Source of the DNA: a virus
Lineage: Duplodnaviria; Caudoviricetes
IMG/VR virus record: IMGVR_UViG_3300017912_004314
Location: 1 to 32,928 of that record
Length of the DNA: 32,928 nucleotides
Strand: one strand, 5' to 3'
The notes under the pieces are model-generated. The model saw only the letters and a program-made list of their open reading frames with translations, had not been told where the DNA came from and did no database searches. Shown piece after piece: positions 1-7,138 of this stretch (the stretch's first letter is position 1; the number at the start of each line of letters is the position of its first letter). The position numbers and the translations under genes are program-made.

Positions 1-70
1 ATATATAGAATATTTAAATTTGATTATATTAAAGTTTTATTAAAGTTTTATTAAATTTTGTTTAGAAATA

Positions 71-98
71 AAGGAAGCTGTACTAGTACAGCTTCCTT
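71..98 (-). terminator. Intrinsic terminator hairpin downstream of gp32
   Basis: Perfect 28-bp palindrome AAGGAAGCTGTACT|AGTACAGCTTCCTT, 7 nt past the gp32 stop. On the minus strand it is followed by T-rich TATTTCT. Confidence 0.8.
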
Positions 99-105
99 AA
101 AAGAA

Positions 106-1008
106 TTAGCTATCTTTAGCTAATGATTTGAAGTAATCTTCTAAGTCTTCATCATCATCAGATGACACTGTAGTTGCTGTTACAGCAGGAGCTGGTGTTT
201 CTTCTTTTTTAAACACTTCGTTCCACTCAGGATTACTCTTAGGTGCTTCAGCAGGTGCATCAGGTGAAGTCTTTTCAGTAACTTCGTTGAGTCTTTGTAC
301 TAGCTCATCATAAGACTTAAAGTTCTTAGGATTAACTAACTCATGTACATCATGCTGAGCTTCGAACACAGATTTCATTTTATTATCATCTTCTGATAGA
401 GGAGATGACTTTTCAAACTCAGACGAATCATAGTTCCAATAACCTGATACAGTCTTTATCTTTATTCTGAAGTTTGCACCTTCAACAAGGTCAAAAGGAT
501 TAACAGGAGTATCATCTGCAAACTCAGGTTGCATAACACCCATAATCTTATCAAAGATTTTTTGACCAAACCTAAAGATTTTTACCTGGCCTTCGTTCTC
601 AGGATTCTCAGGATCTTTAAGAATCAGAGCATTAGCAAAATAAGAAGTTCTTCTTTTCTGCTTCCTTGCAATATCCTTATTAGTCTCTATACCAGAGTTC
701 CAAAGAGTGGAGTTATATTCACTAACTGGATCTTTTTGACCAATTGTAGTTAATGAATTTTCAATATACCACTTTCCTGTTGGACCTTGAAATCCATGAT
801 CGTACATTCTAATCCATGGTGTCTTAGATGAATCAGTACCAGGTAACAATCTTATCACCGCATAACCAGTACCATCTTTACCCATCTTAGGTTTCCAGAT
901 ACGGTCATCAGTTCTGTTGTCTTGATTACCTTGAAGTTCTTGTTTTAGATTGTCCGTAAGTTTTTCAAACGCAGACTTACGATTCTGCATATAGTCTTCA
1001 AAAGACAT
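106..1008 (-). CDS. 32: T4-like single-stranded DNA-binding protein gp32
   Basis: DDRIWKP..GYAVIRLLP, HGFQGPTGKWYIENSLTT, YFANALI, FGQKIFDKI, GANF.IK, NYDSSEF and an acidic C-terminal tail. SD AAGGAG upstream. Confidence 0.97.
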   Translation of the reverse strand: MSFEDYMQNRKSAFEKLTDNLKQELQGNQDNRTDDRIWKPKMGKDGTGYAVIRLLPGTDSSKTPWIRMYDHGFQGPTGKWYIENSLTTIGQKDPVSEYNSTLWNSGIETNKDIARKQKRRTSYFANALILKDPENPENEGQVKIFRFGQKIFDKIMGVMQPEFADDTPVNPFDLVEGANFRIKIKTVSGYWNYDSSEFEKSSPLSEDDNKMKSVFEAQHDVHELVNPKNFKSYDELVQRLNEVTEKTSPDAPAEAPKSNPEWNEVFKKEETPAPAVTATTVSSDDDEDLEDYFKSLAKDS

Positions 1009-1035
1009 AAGTTTCTCCTTTTCTAGTTTCTAGTT

Positions 1036-1635
1036 TCACTTATTATTAGCTTTGAATATTTCTAACGCTATATCATTATAATATGTAATATTTAAAAATT
1101 TTTTCACAAAAGGTTGATATTTTTTTACTTTTTTTATATGTTGTGGCCAAAGCATTGGAATCTTTATTACTTTTTCATGTTTTTCAATAAATGGATAGAA
1201 CATATCAATAAGACATAATGTTTCTAAACTTATAGTTTTTTTAATTACAAGATTATGCAATAATGGAATACTATAATCGTTTTCAACCATAACCATATCT
1301 GGTGGACTATATTGTGAACATAGATATTGTAACTCTTCTTTAAATTTTGATGGAAAGTTGTTTATCTTACTTTTATATTTTTCAAAGTTTTCCTTTTTCA
1401 TTTCTTTAATCCAACAATTTGGTTTATCTAAGAAATGACAAACATAAAACATAAGCTGATCTTTATCAGATATAATTTTGACTAACTTTTCAAATGAATA
1501 ATAATCGTTTCTATTATTATATGCTTCTTTACTAGCATTCACTTTACCTTGATATTTGAAATAATCATAATCAGAGCTAAAATGTCTTTGAAGTGCTAGA
1601 TATTTTATATATGCGTAATAACCTGAATCAGACAA
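1036..1635 (-). CDS. 59: Helicase loader gp59
   Basis: YLALQRHFS..YDYFKYQGKV..Y..RND.Y.FEKL, ISLETL motif; adjacent to gp32 and gp33 as in T4. Confidence 0.9.
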   Translation of the reverse strand: MSDSGYYAYIKYLALQRHFSSDYDYFKYQGKVNASKEAYNNRNDYYSFEKLVKIISDKDQLMFYVCHFLDKPNCWIKEMKKENFEKYKSKINNFPSKFKEELQYLCSQYSPPDMVMVENDYSIPLLHNLVIKKTISLETLCLIDMFYPFIEKHEKVIKIPMLWPQHIKKVKKYQPFVKKFLNITYYNDIALEIFKANNK

Positions 1636-1867
1636 CTGTTTTCTTTTTATATTTTAGAGCATTAACTTCTAATGCATCACGTTCTATTTTTTCTTTAATA
1701 TTTTTGTTTAATAATCTTTTAACATCTCTAGGATCAATATCATAATCTTTACATACTTCTAATGTAGCATCAATATAATTTAACTTTTTATGTTTTACAG
1801 CTTCTTCAATTAACATAGGAAAAGATTTGTTATTAATACCAAAATCAGAATCAGTTATCTTTTTCAA
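1628..1867 (-). CDS. 33: Late-transcription coactivator gp33 (probable TTG start at 1867)
   Basis: F...IEEAVK...LNYIDA.LEVC...DID....RLL..NIKEKIE.DA..VN.L pattern. CAGGAG SD precedes an in-frame TTG at 1867. Synteny gp33-gp59-gp32. Confidence 0.88.
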   Translation of the reverse strand: MKKITDSDFGINNKSFPMLIEEAVKHKKLNYIDATLEVCKDYDIDPRDVKRLLNKNIKEKIERDALEVNALKYKKKTVV

Positions 1868-2081
1868 AACCAGTCTCCTGTGAATTTTTTGTAATAATAA
1901 TATCACACAACTGAGCAAACCAAGCATCAATTGTTGTTAAGTTTCTATCTTTATAATAATCTTTTACCATTGTAAGTATTTTTATTTTATCTTCAGTTGA
2001 TGCTTTAGAATTATTCCAATATGTAGAAATATCTCTTGCTGTTTCTTCTATTTCAGAAGGTTTAATTAGAGGTAAGTCCAT
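1851..2081 (-). CDS. Hypothetical protein (~76 aa, start MDLPLIKP)
   Basis: ORF fills the gap between the exonuclease and gp33 with short overlaps. AAAGGA lies upstream of the ATG at 2081. Confidence 0.65.
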   Translation of the reverse strand: MDLPLIKPSEIEETARDISTYWNNSKASTEDKIKILTMVKDYYKDRNLTTIDAWFAQLCDIIITKNSQETGFEKDN

Positions 2082-2739
2082 TGTAAGTATCAATCCTTTC
2101 TTTTAATATATTAGTGTATTTTATAATTTCTTTTTTAGTTAATGTAAAATTTTGTGTAGTACCATCTTGTACTGATATTAATATACAAACTTGTTCTGGC
2201 ATTTCACCTGTAAGTTCTCTGTAAGATATAAAATAAAAACAACCTTGAATAAAATAATCTTCTATCCAATGTTCTTTTTTTGGTTTGTTAGCAGTCTTGA
2301 AATCAATGATTGAAAGTTTGCCATCATATTCAGCAATACAATCAACTGTTCCTGCTACCTTTAGTATATGTGAATGTAAAGGTGTTTCTAAACATCTTAT
2401 ATTATCAATAAGATCTAATTTAGAACGTATGCCCCTGAATAAAAACTCACCACTAGTAGAACCCAAATCATCCAGTTCTTCATTGAGCAAGTAGTTTTCG
2501 CATAATTTATGCATTGAAGTACCACGAGTTGTAGCAGCACGAGTAACCCTACTTGCTTGTTCTTCGCCAACTCTTTTTCGCCAAGCGATAAGAGAACTTT
2601 TGTCCGAAGTCTTAGATAAGACAGTTGTAATGGAAGGATACGAAACCACTCCATTAATTTCATAAACTCTTCCTTCACCACTATTCCTTTGTTTTATTTT
2701 AGGTATCTCTTTCCAAAGATGATTGAATTTTTTTGACAT
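2062..2739 (-). CDS. PD-(D/E)xK exonuclease (RecB/Cas4-like fold) of T4-like phages
   Basis: YPSITTVL, RGT.MH..CE.YL, E..L, AGTVDCIAEYDGKLSIIDFKT and YFIQ...Y motifs. Confidence 0.9.
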   Translation of the reverse strand: MSKKFNHLWKEIPKIKQRNSGEGRVYEINGVVSYPSITTVLSKTSDKSSLIAWRKRVGEEQASRVTRAATTRGTSMHKLCENYLLNEELDDLGSTSGEFLFRGIRSKLDLIDNIRCLETPLHSHILKVAGTVDCIAEYDGKLSIIDFKTANKPKKEHWIEDYFIQGCFYFISYRELTGEMPEQVCILISVQDGTTQNFTLTKKEIIKYTNILKERIDTYNGLTSN

Positions 2740-3829
2740 GATCTCTCGTAATTGTAGTACCTTTTAGTTCAAACATATCATCTAATAATACATTTTCTAA
2801 AATAGTTTTTAACCCTCTAGCACCAGTTTTTTGTTGTAAAGCTAATTCAGCTATTGCATTCAATGCATCTTTATCAAACTTAAGTTCTTGATCAGACTTT
2901 GCAAATAACTTGATATATTGATCTACAGGATTGTTTTTTACTTTAGATAAAATATAAACTAAATCATCTACAGTAAGTTGTTTCAATGCTGCTACTAATG
3001 GTATTCTTCCTATGAGCTCAGGTATAAAACCAAACTCTTCTATATCTTGAGGTGTTACTTGTTGTAATAAACTAATGTCAGGTTCATATTCTTCAATTGA
3101 TGCATTTACACCTATATTTGTTGTAGGACCTATCTTTAATCTTTTTGCAACATTGTCTTCTAAACCAACAAATGCACCACCTACTATAAACATTATATTT
3201 GTTGTGTCTACCTGAAATTTCATTCTAGTCATACCAGCATTCTTTTCAACTTCTACTAATGTACCTTCCATTAACTTTAGAAGTGCTTGTTGAACACCTT
3301 CGCCACCAATATCTCTTTGTTTAGCATTGTTGTATCTTCTTGCTATCTTATCAAATTCATCAATGAAAATAATTCCTGTACCTGCTGCCTCAAACGATTG
3401 ACCTGCAGCATTAATTAAACCATCAATCATTGACTCAACATCTTTACCAACGTAACCTGCTGCAGTTAATGAATTAGCATCTGCAATATGGTAAGGTACT
3501 TTCATAAACTCAGCTAACTTTTTTACTAGATATGTTTTACCAGAACCTGTTGGTCCTAATAACATAACATTAGTCTTATCGAGTCTATCTTTAAATTTAG
3601 AATCTCTATAAATCAATAATCTTTTGTAGTGATTATGAGCTGCTGTAGAAAGAACTTTCTTAGCTCTTTCTTGCCCAACAACGTAACTGTCTAAAAAATT
3701 GTAAATCTCTTTAGGAGTAGGAAGATCAAAATCAAATACGTCTGGTGTATTGTGAATTAAGTCAACTTTTTCTTTAAGCCCTTCTAACATGTCTGATAGA
3801 AAGGTTCTATCTTTGTCAGCAATATTCAT
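2699..3829 (-). CDS. clpX: ClpX-family AAA+ ATPase lacking the N-terminal zinc-binding domain
   Basis: LPTPKEI..FLD.YVVGQERAKKVLS, Walker A GPTGSGKT, pore-1 GYVG, Walker B IFIDEFDKIA, RDIGGEGVQQALLKL.EG, FIPELIGRIP and KTGARGL. Confidence 0.95.
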   Translation of the reverse strand: MNIADKDRTFLSDMLEGLKEKVDLIHNTPDVFDFDLPTPKEIYNFLDSYVVGQERAKKVLSTAAHNHYKRLLIYRDSKFKDRLDKTNVMLLGPTGSGKTYLVKKLAEFMKVPYHIADANSLTAAGYVGKDVESMIDGLINAAGQSFEAAGTGIIFIDEFDKIARRYNNAKQRDIGGEGVQQALLKLMEGTLVEVEKNAGMTRMKFQVDTTNIMFIVGGAFVGLEDNVAKRLKIGPTTNIGVNASIEEYEPDISLLQQVTPQDIEEFGFIPELIGRIPLVAALKQLTVDDLVYILSKVKNNPVDQYIKLFAKSDQELKFDKDALNAIAELALQQKTGARGLKTILENVLLDDMFELKGTTITRDHVKKIQSSLERDT

Positions 3830-3830
3830 A

Positions 3831-4073
3831 TTATATAAGGTGGTCTACACCTTTCCCTCTAGGATGTTTTTCTTTGATAAGTTTCAGTTTATCTTTGAAA
3901 CCACCAGGTAATTTTCCACCATCTATAGTTCTTCCACCAATAAACGAAGGAGTAGTTAATAATTTTTTTATATGAGGATTTTCTTTGAGATATATTTCAC
4001 ATTGTTCATAAGAAGTAAAAAACTCTGTAGATTCTTCTTTAGTTTTTGTGTTAACAAAATTGTATGTAGGCAT
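3831..4073 (-). CDS. Small conserved T4-like phage protein (FmdB-like N-terminus without Cys pairs)
   Basis: MPTYNF.N..T.E...F......YLKENPH, plus C-terminal GFKD.LK.IK..HP, as seen in marine T4-like phages. Confidence 0.7.
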   Translation of the reverse strand: MPTYNFVNTKTKEESTEFFTSYEQCEIYLKENPHIKKLLTTPSFIGGRTIDGGKLPGGFKDKLKLIKEKHPRGKGVDHLI

Positions 4074-4249
4074 TAAACTTTATCTTCCTTTGTCATAATC
4101 TTTTTAGCGAGCTCGTCAAAAAATACTTTAAATGATTTATCATCTTTAAACAACATAGGTGTTCTATCAATCATATTTGATAGAGTATTCCACGAAGTTC
4201 TTGCAGCTCTTAATGCTTTTTTGCTGTACATAAAATGTCTCTTTTCCAT
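4073..4249 (-). CDS. Hypothetical protein (58 aa, start MEKRHF)
   Basis: Strong SD TAGGAG before the ATG at 4249; TAATG overlap with the next gene. Confidence 0.7.
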   Translation of the reverse strand: MEKRHFMYSKKALRAARTSWNTLSNMIDRTPMLFKDDKSFKVFFDELAKKIMTKEDKV

Positions 4250-4274
4250 TACTACTCCTAATATTATAGTAAAA

Positions 4275-4313
4275 ATTGTAATAAATATTTTATTACAATA
4301 TAAATTATTTATA
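4275..4313. promoter_or_regulatory. Divergent T4-type late promoter region with an 11-bp inverted repeat
   Basis: Minus-strand TATAAATA at 4306-4313; plus-strand AATAAATA at 4280-4287 and TATAAATT at 4299-4306; inverted repeat ATTGTAATAAA-tat-TTTATTACAAT at 4275-4299. Confidence 0.6.
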
Positions 4314-4323
4314 GATTTGGTAC

Positions 4324-4947
4324 ATGGCTGAAATACAAGATAACTTAAAAACACAAAGATCTCGCAAAAACACTATTGTTGAAAGAAAAACTGATGCTGC
4401 ATTAGATAAAAGAACTATCGCAAAAAAATATAGAGACTTAGCAGATAAAGCACAAAAGAGTTTAGGAACAAAAGAATCAATAAATTTTTTTAGGGATAAA
4501 TTAACAAGAAGAAAAGTAAATCATGAAGTACTTCTTAAAAATTATAGAACTGCTGCAAATCCAACTGTAGGTTCAATGTTGGTATATAATTATGATCCCA
4601 AACATAAAAAGAAACTTCCTTACTATGATGAACATCCATGTATAATTTTATTAGACTATACTAAAGATGGATGGTATGGAGCTAACCTTCATTATCTTCC
4701 TCCTAAGTTAAGAGCAGAGTTATTAATTGAAGTTGGTTGGAATAAAAGAAGACCTTTAAGACAAATTGCTGCAGCAATGGAACGTAACGAGTATACAAAA
4801 ATATGTCTTAAGAGATATTTAAGAAGTCAACTAAATAGTAGAGTAAAGGTAGTTAACAGAGAAGATTGGGAAATCATAGTTCAGCTTCCTTTTGATGCTT
4901 TTGTAAAAGAAAGTAGAGCTCAGATTTGGAGAAAGGCTAGAAGATAG
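4324..4947 (+). CDS. 2: DNA end protector protein gp2
   Basis: GSM..YNYDPKHK..LPYYD..P, GWYGANLHYLPP..R, C.KRYL and DWEI...LP...F.K motifs. Confidence 0.93.
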   Translation: MAEIQDNLKTQRSRKNTIVERKTDAALDKRTIAKKYRDLADKAQKSLGTKESINFFRDKLTRRKVNHEVLLKNYRTAANPTVGSMLVYNYDPKHKKKLPYYDEHPCIILLDYTKDGWYGANLHYLPPKLRAELLIEVGWNKRRPLRQIAAAMERNEYTKICLKRYLRSQLNSRVKVVNREDWEIIVQLPFDAFVKESRAQIWRKARR

Positions 4948-5771
4948 TGTCATTACAAGAATTTAAAACTTCTGTATATGCTGATAGTGGTTTAGCTAGA
5001 GCAAATAAGTACGTTGTAAATGTATTCTTGCCAAATGCTAAAACTGCTCAAGGTTCTGGTCTAATTGGTACTTTATTTAAGAATATGCCAAGTACACCAT
5101 TTAGTCAACCAGGAAGTTCTTTTATCAATATTCCTGGATTCTTTACAGGTTCACAAGGTGTAAACGTTGATGTTGCACAGCCGCTAAGAAATGCTTTAGC
5201 TAACAAAAATTTTGTCAATTCAGTTAGTAAGTTAGGAAGGCCAATCAGTGGATTTGTATTTCAAAATGTTATTGGAAGAGGTAGACAGTTAACATTATAT
5301 TGTAGTGGTGCAGAATTACCATCAAGAGATGTTGAGGCTACAGAATTATATCTTTATGGTGAATCAAGACAAGTTGGTTATAGACATCAACATCCTCAAC
5401 TAGCATTACAATATTATTGTTCAGAAGATTTAAGAGAAAGAAGATTTTTTGAAGAATGGCAAAATATGGTATTTGATCCATATTCAAAAAACACAGGTTA
5501 TTATGATGAATATACTTCTAAAGTTCAAGTACAACAATGGGATTATGGTTTAACTAGAATGATGGCAGAATATGAATTTGAAGAAGCATATGTTGCTACT
5601 GTTGGTAACTTAAACTATGATGCAGCTAATGGTGATATACAAAGATTAGCAATTAATTTTAATTATAGAAATTACAAAAGAACAGACGGAGGAGTTACTA
5701 ACGGAGGTTCAACTATTGGTAAAATAGTTGATAACTTTGTAGGTGGTCTAACTAGAAAAATAGGATTGTAA
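4947..5771 (+). CDS. Baseplate tail-tube initiator (gp54-like, tube-fold protein); GTG start
   Basis: GLARANKY.V, L.LYC..AELPSR, ERRFFEEWQ....D....GYYDEY...V.V.Q and L..NFNYR motifs. Confidence 0.8.
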   Translation: MSLQEFKTSVYADSGLARANKYVVNVFLPNAKTAQGSGLIGTLFKNMPSTPFSQPGSSFINIPGFFTGSQGVNVDVAQPLRNALANKNFVNSVSKLGRPISGFVFQNVIGRGRQLTLYCSGAELPSRDVEATELYLYGESRQVGYRHQHPQLALQYYCSEDLRERRFFEEWQNMVFDPYSKNTGYYDEYTSKVQVQQWDYGLTRMMAEYEFEEAYVATVGNLNYDAANGDIQRLAINFNYRNYKRTDGGVTNGGSTIGKIVDNFVGGLTRKIGL

Positions 5772-5772
5772 A

Positions 5773-6237
5773 ATGGATTCAATAGGTAACATAAACCAAA
5801 TGAGCATAGAACTTACAGCTTTTATCCTACCTTGGATAGGAGTTATATTGTCTGTTATTATTGCTATATGGTTAAAAGATTTAGCTACCAATGCAGCTAA
5901 AGGTTGGGCATTCAAATCTAATCAATCTTTTAATGAAGGCGATCATATCATATTAGATGGTAGAGACGCTATTATTGTAAAGATAGGAATGGCACAAACA
6001 GTATTTGGTGTGTATACTGAAAAAGGTTATACATGGAGATACATTTCTAATGACAGACTAGCAAGTACTAAAATAGAAAAAATTATAAACAAAAATCTTC
6101 ATTTAGATACTGAAGCTGAAAAAGGTTTAAGAATACAAAAAATGATTGATGCTTCTCAAAACGAATTAATAAAAATGAATGAAGATAGAATAAAAGAGAA
6201 TAAGAAAAATATAGAGGAACTTAAAAACAAAAATTAA
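5773..6237 (+). CDS. Membrane protein with an MscS-like TM3 plus beta (Sm-like) domain and a C-terminal coiled coil
   Basis: Hydrophobic FILPWIGVILSVIIAIWL followed by KDLATN..KG......FNEGDHIILDG..AIIVKIG...T..........ISN..L, which parallels the MscS consensus 'D...N...G......F..GD.I...G..G.V..I....T........IPN..L'. Confidence 0.65.
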   Translation: MDSIGNINQMSIELTAFILPWIGVILSVIIAIWLKDLATNAAKGWAFKSNQSFNEGDHIILDGRDAIIVKIGMAQTVFGVYTEKGYTWRYISNDRLASTKIEKIINKNLHLDTEAEKGLRIQKMIDASQNELIKMNEDRIKENKKNIEELKNKN

Positions 6238-6251
6238 ATTATGAGGTTGTA

Positions 6252-6953
6252 ATGAGTTTAAAAAATATCAAGTTAAAGACACCAGAATATGATGATGTCT
6301 TACCTTCTACAGATTCACCTATAAAATTTAGACCATTTACAGTAGCAGAAGAAAAGCTATTGTTAATTGCTAGTGAATCTAAAGATACAAAACAAGTATC
6401 AAATTCAATGAAACAAATTATTGTAAACTGTACAAGTCAAAATCCTAGTATCTTGCCTTACTATGATGTTGAATATTTGTTTACAAAAATTAGATCAAAG
6501 TCAGTTGGTGAACAAACACAAATAGTTAGTAAATGTGAAAGTTGTGAAGAAGACAATGAAGTAAGTATACAGCTAGATAATGTTAAAGTAATTAAAAACG
6601 AAAACCATGAAAAAACTATAAAAATCAGTGACGAGTTGGTTTTTGTATTTGATGATCCAACTATAGATACAATTTCTTCGTATGACGAGAATACAAATTC
6701 TGTTGATAATATAGTAAGCATGATATGTGAAACTGTCAAACAAGTTCAAATGAACGAAGAGATTAATGATGTAACTCCTGCAGATAAAGAAGATTTAAAA
6801 GGCTTACTCGAACAATTAACAACTGATCAGTTTCAAAAAATAAGTGGTTTTTTTGATACAATGCCTAAAGCCGTAATTGATTATGAATTCGAGTGTTCTA
6901 AGTGTAAGCATATAAATAAGGCAAGAGTGGAAGGTATGCATAATTTTTTTTAG
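6252..6953 (+). CDS. 26: gp26-family baseplate hub/assembly protein
   Basis: LPST...IKFRPFTV.EEK.LL.A.ES, DVEYLF.KIRSKSVGE, CxxC..CxxC, FF.TMPK and C-terminal G..NFF. Confidence 0.88.
   Translation: MSLKNIKLKTPEYDDVLPSTDSPIKFRPFTVAEEKLLLIASESKDTKQVSNSMKQIIVNCTSQNPSILPYYDVEYLFTKIRSKSVGEQTQIVSKCESCEEDNEVSIQLDNVKVIKNENHEKTIKISDELVFVFDDPTIDTISSYDENTNSVDNIVSMICETVKQVQMNEEINDVTPADKEDLKGLLEQLTTDQFQKISGFFDTMPKAVIDYEFECSKCKHINKARVEGMHNFF
6911..6918 (+). promoter_or_regulatory. T4-type late promoter inside the 3' end of gp26
   Basis: Exact TATAAATA, positioned to serve gp51 and the tape measure gene. Could be chance in AT-rich DNA. Confidence 0.45.
6944..6951 (+). other. Candidate -1 ribosomal frameshift slippery site (T TTT TTT T)
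   Basis: A T8 run ends gp26 (AAT TTT TTT TAG). The -1 frame reads TTA GTT AAC CTT TCC CAC ATG straight into gp51. Confidence 0.65.
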
Positions 6954-6967
6954 TTAACCTTTCCCAC

Positions 6968-7138
6968 ATGAGCTTGGTAGCACTTATGAAAAACATTTTT
7001 GGTTGTATACAACACCACAAATGGTCTTACACAGAGATAATGGAAATGTTACCGTGGGAAAGGGATATATACTTTAATTTATTAGCAGCTCACATAAAAG
7101 AAGAAAACGAAAGAATAGAACGAGAAAGTAAAACTTAA
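6968..7138 (+). CDS. 51: gp51-like baseplate hub assembly protein (56 aa; missing from the ORF track)
   Basis: Manual translation MSLVALMKNIFGCIQHHKWSYTEIMEMLPWERDIYFNLLAAHIKEENERIERESKT matches the Q.HKWS..E.E.M.PWER.IY motif. TAATG overlap with the next gene. Confidence 0.88.
   Translation: MSLVALMKNIFGCIQHHKWSYTEIMEMLPWERDIYFNLLAAHIKEENERIERESKT

Noticed and set aside
2062-2739. Cas4-like nuclease suggesting a CRISPR system
   Set aside because: No repeat-spacer array or other cas genes in the window, and no four-Cys Fe-S pattern. It is the ordinary T4-like exonuclease.
4250-4354. Track's extended N-termini (4354, 1930, 2093, 17851, 18649)
   Set aside because: They run through promoters or neighbouring genes; downstream starts have clear SD sequences.
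6951-6971. Stop-codon reassignment or TAG readthrough at the end of gp26
   Set aside because: In-frame readthrough meets TGA after five codons, and all genes are intact in the standard code with TAG, TGA and TAA used as stops.
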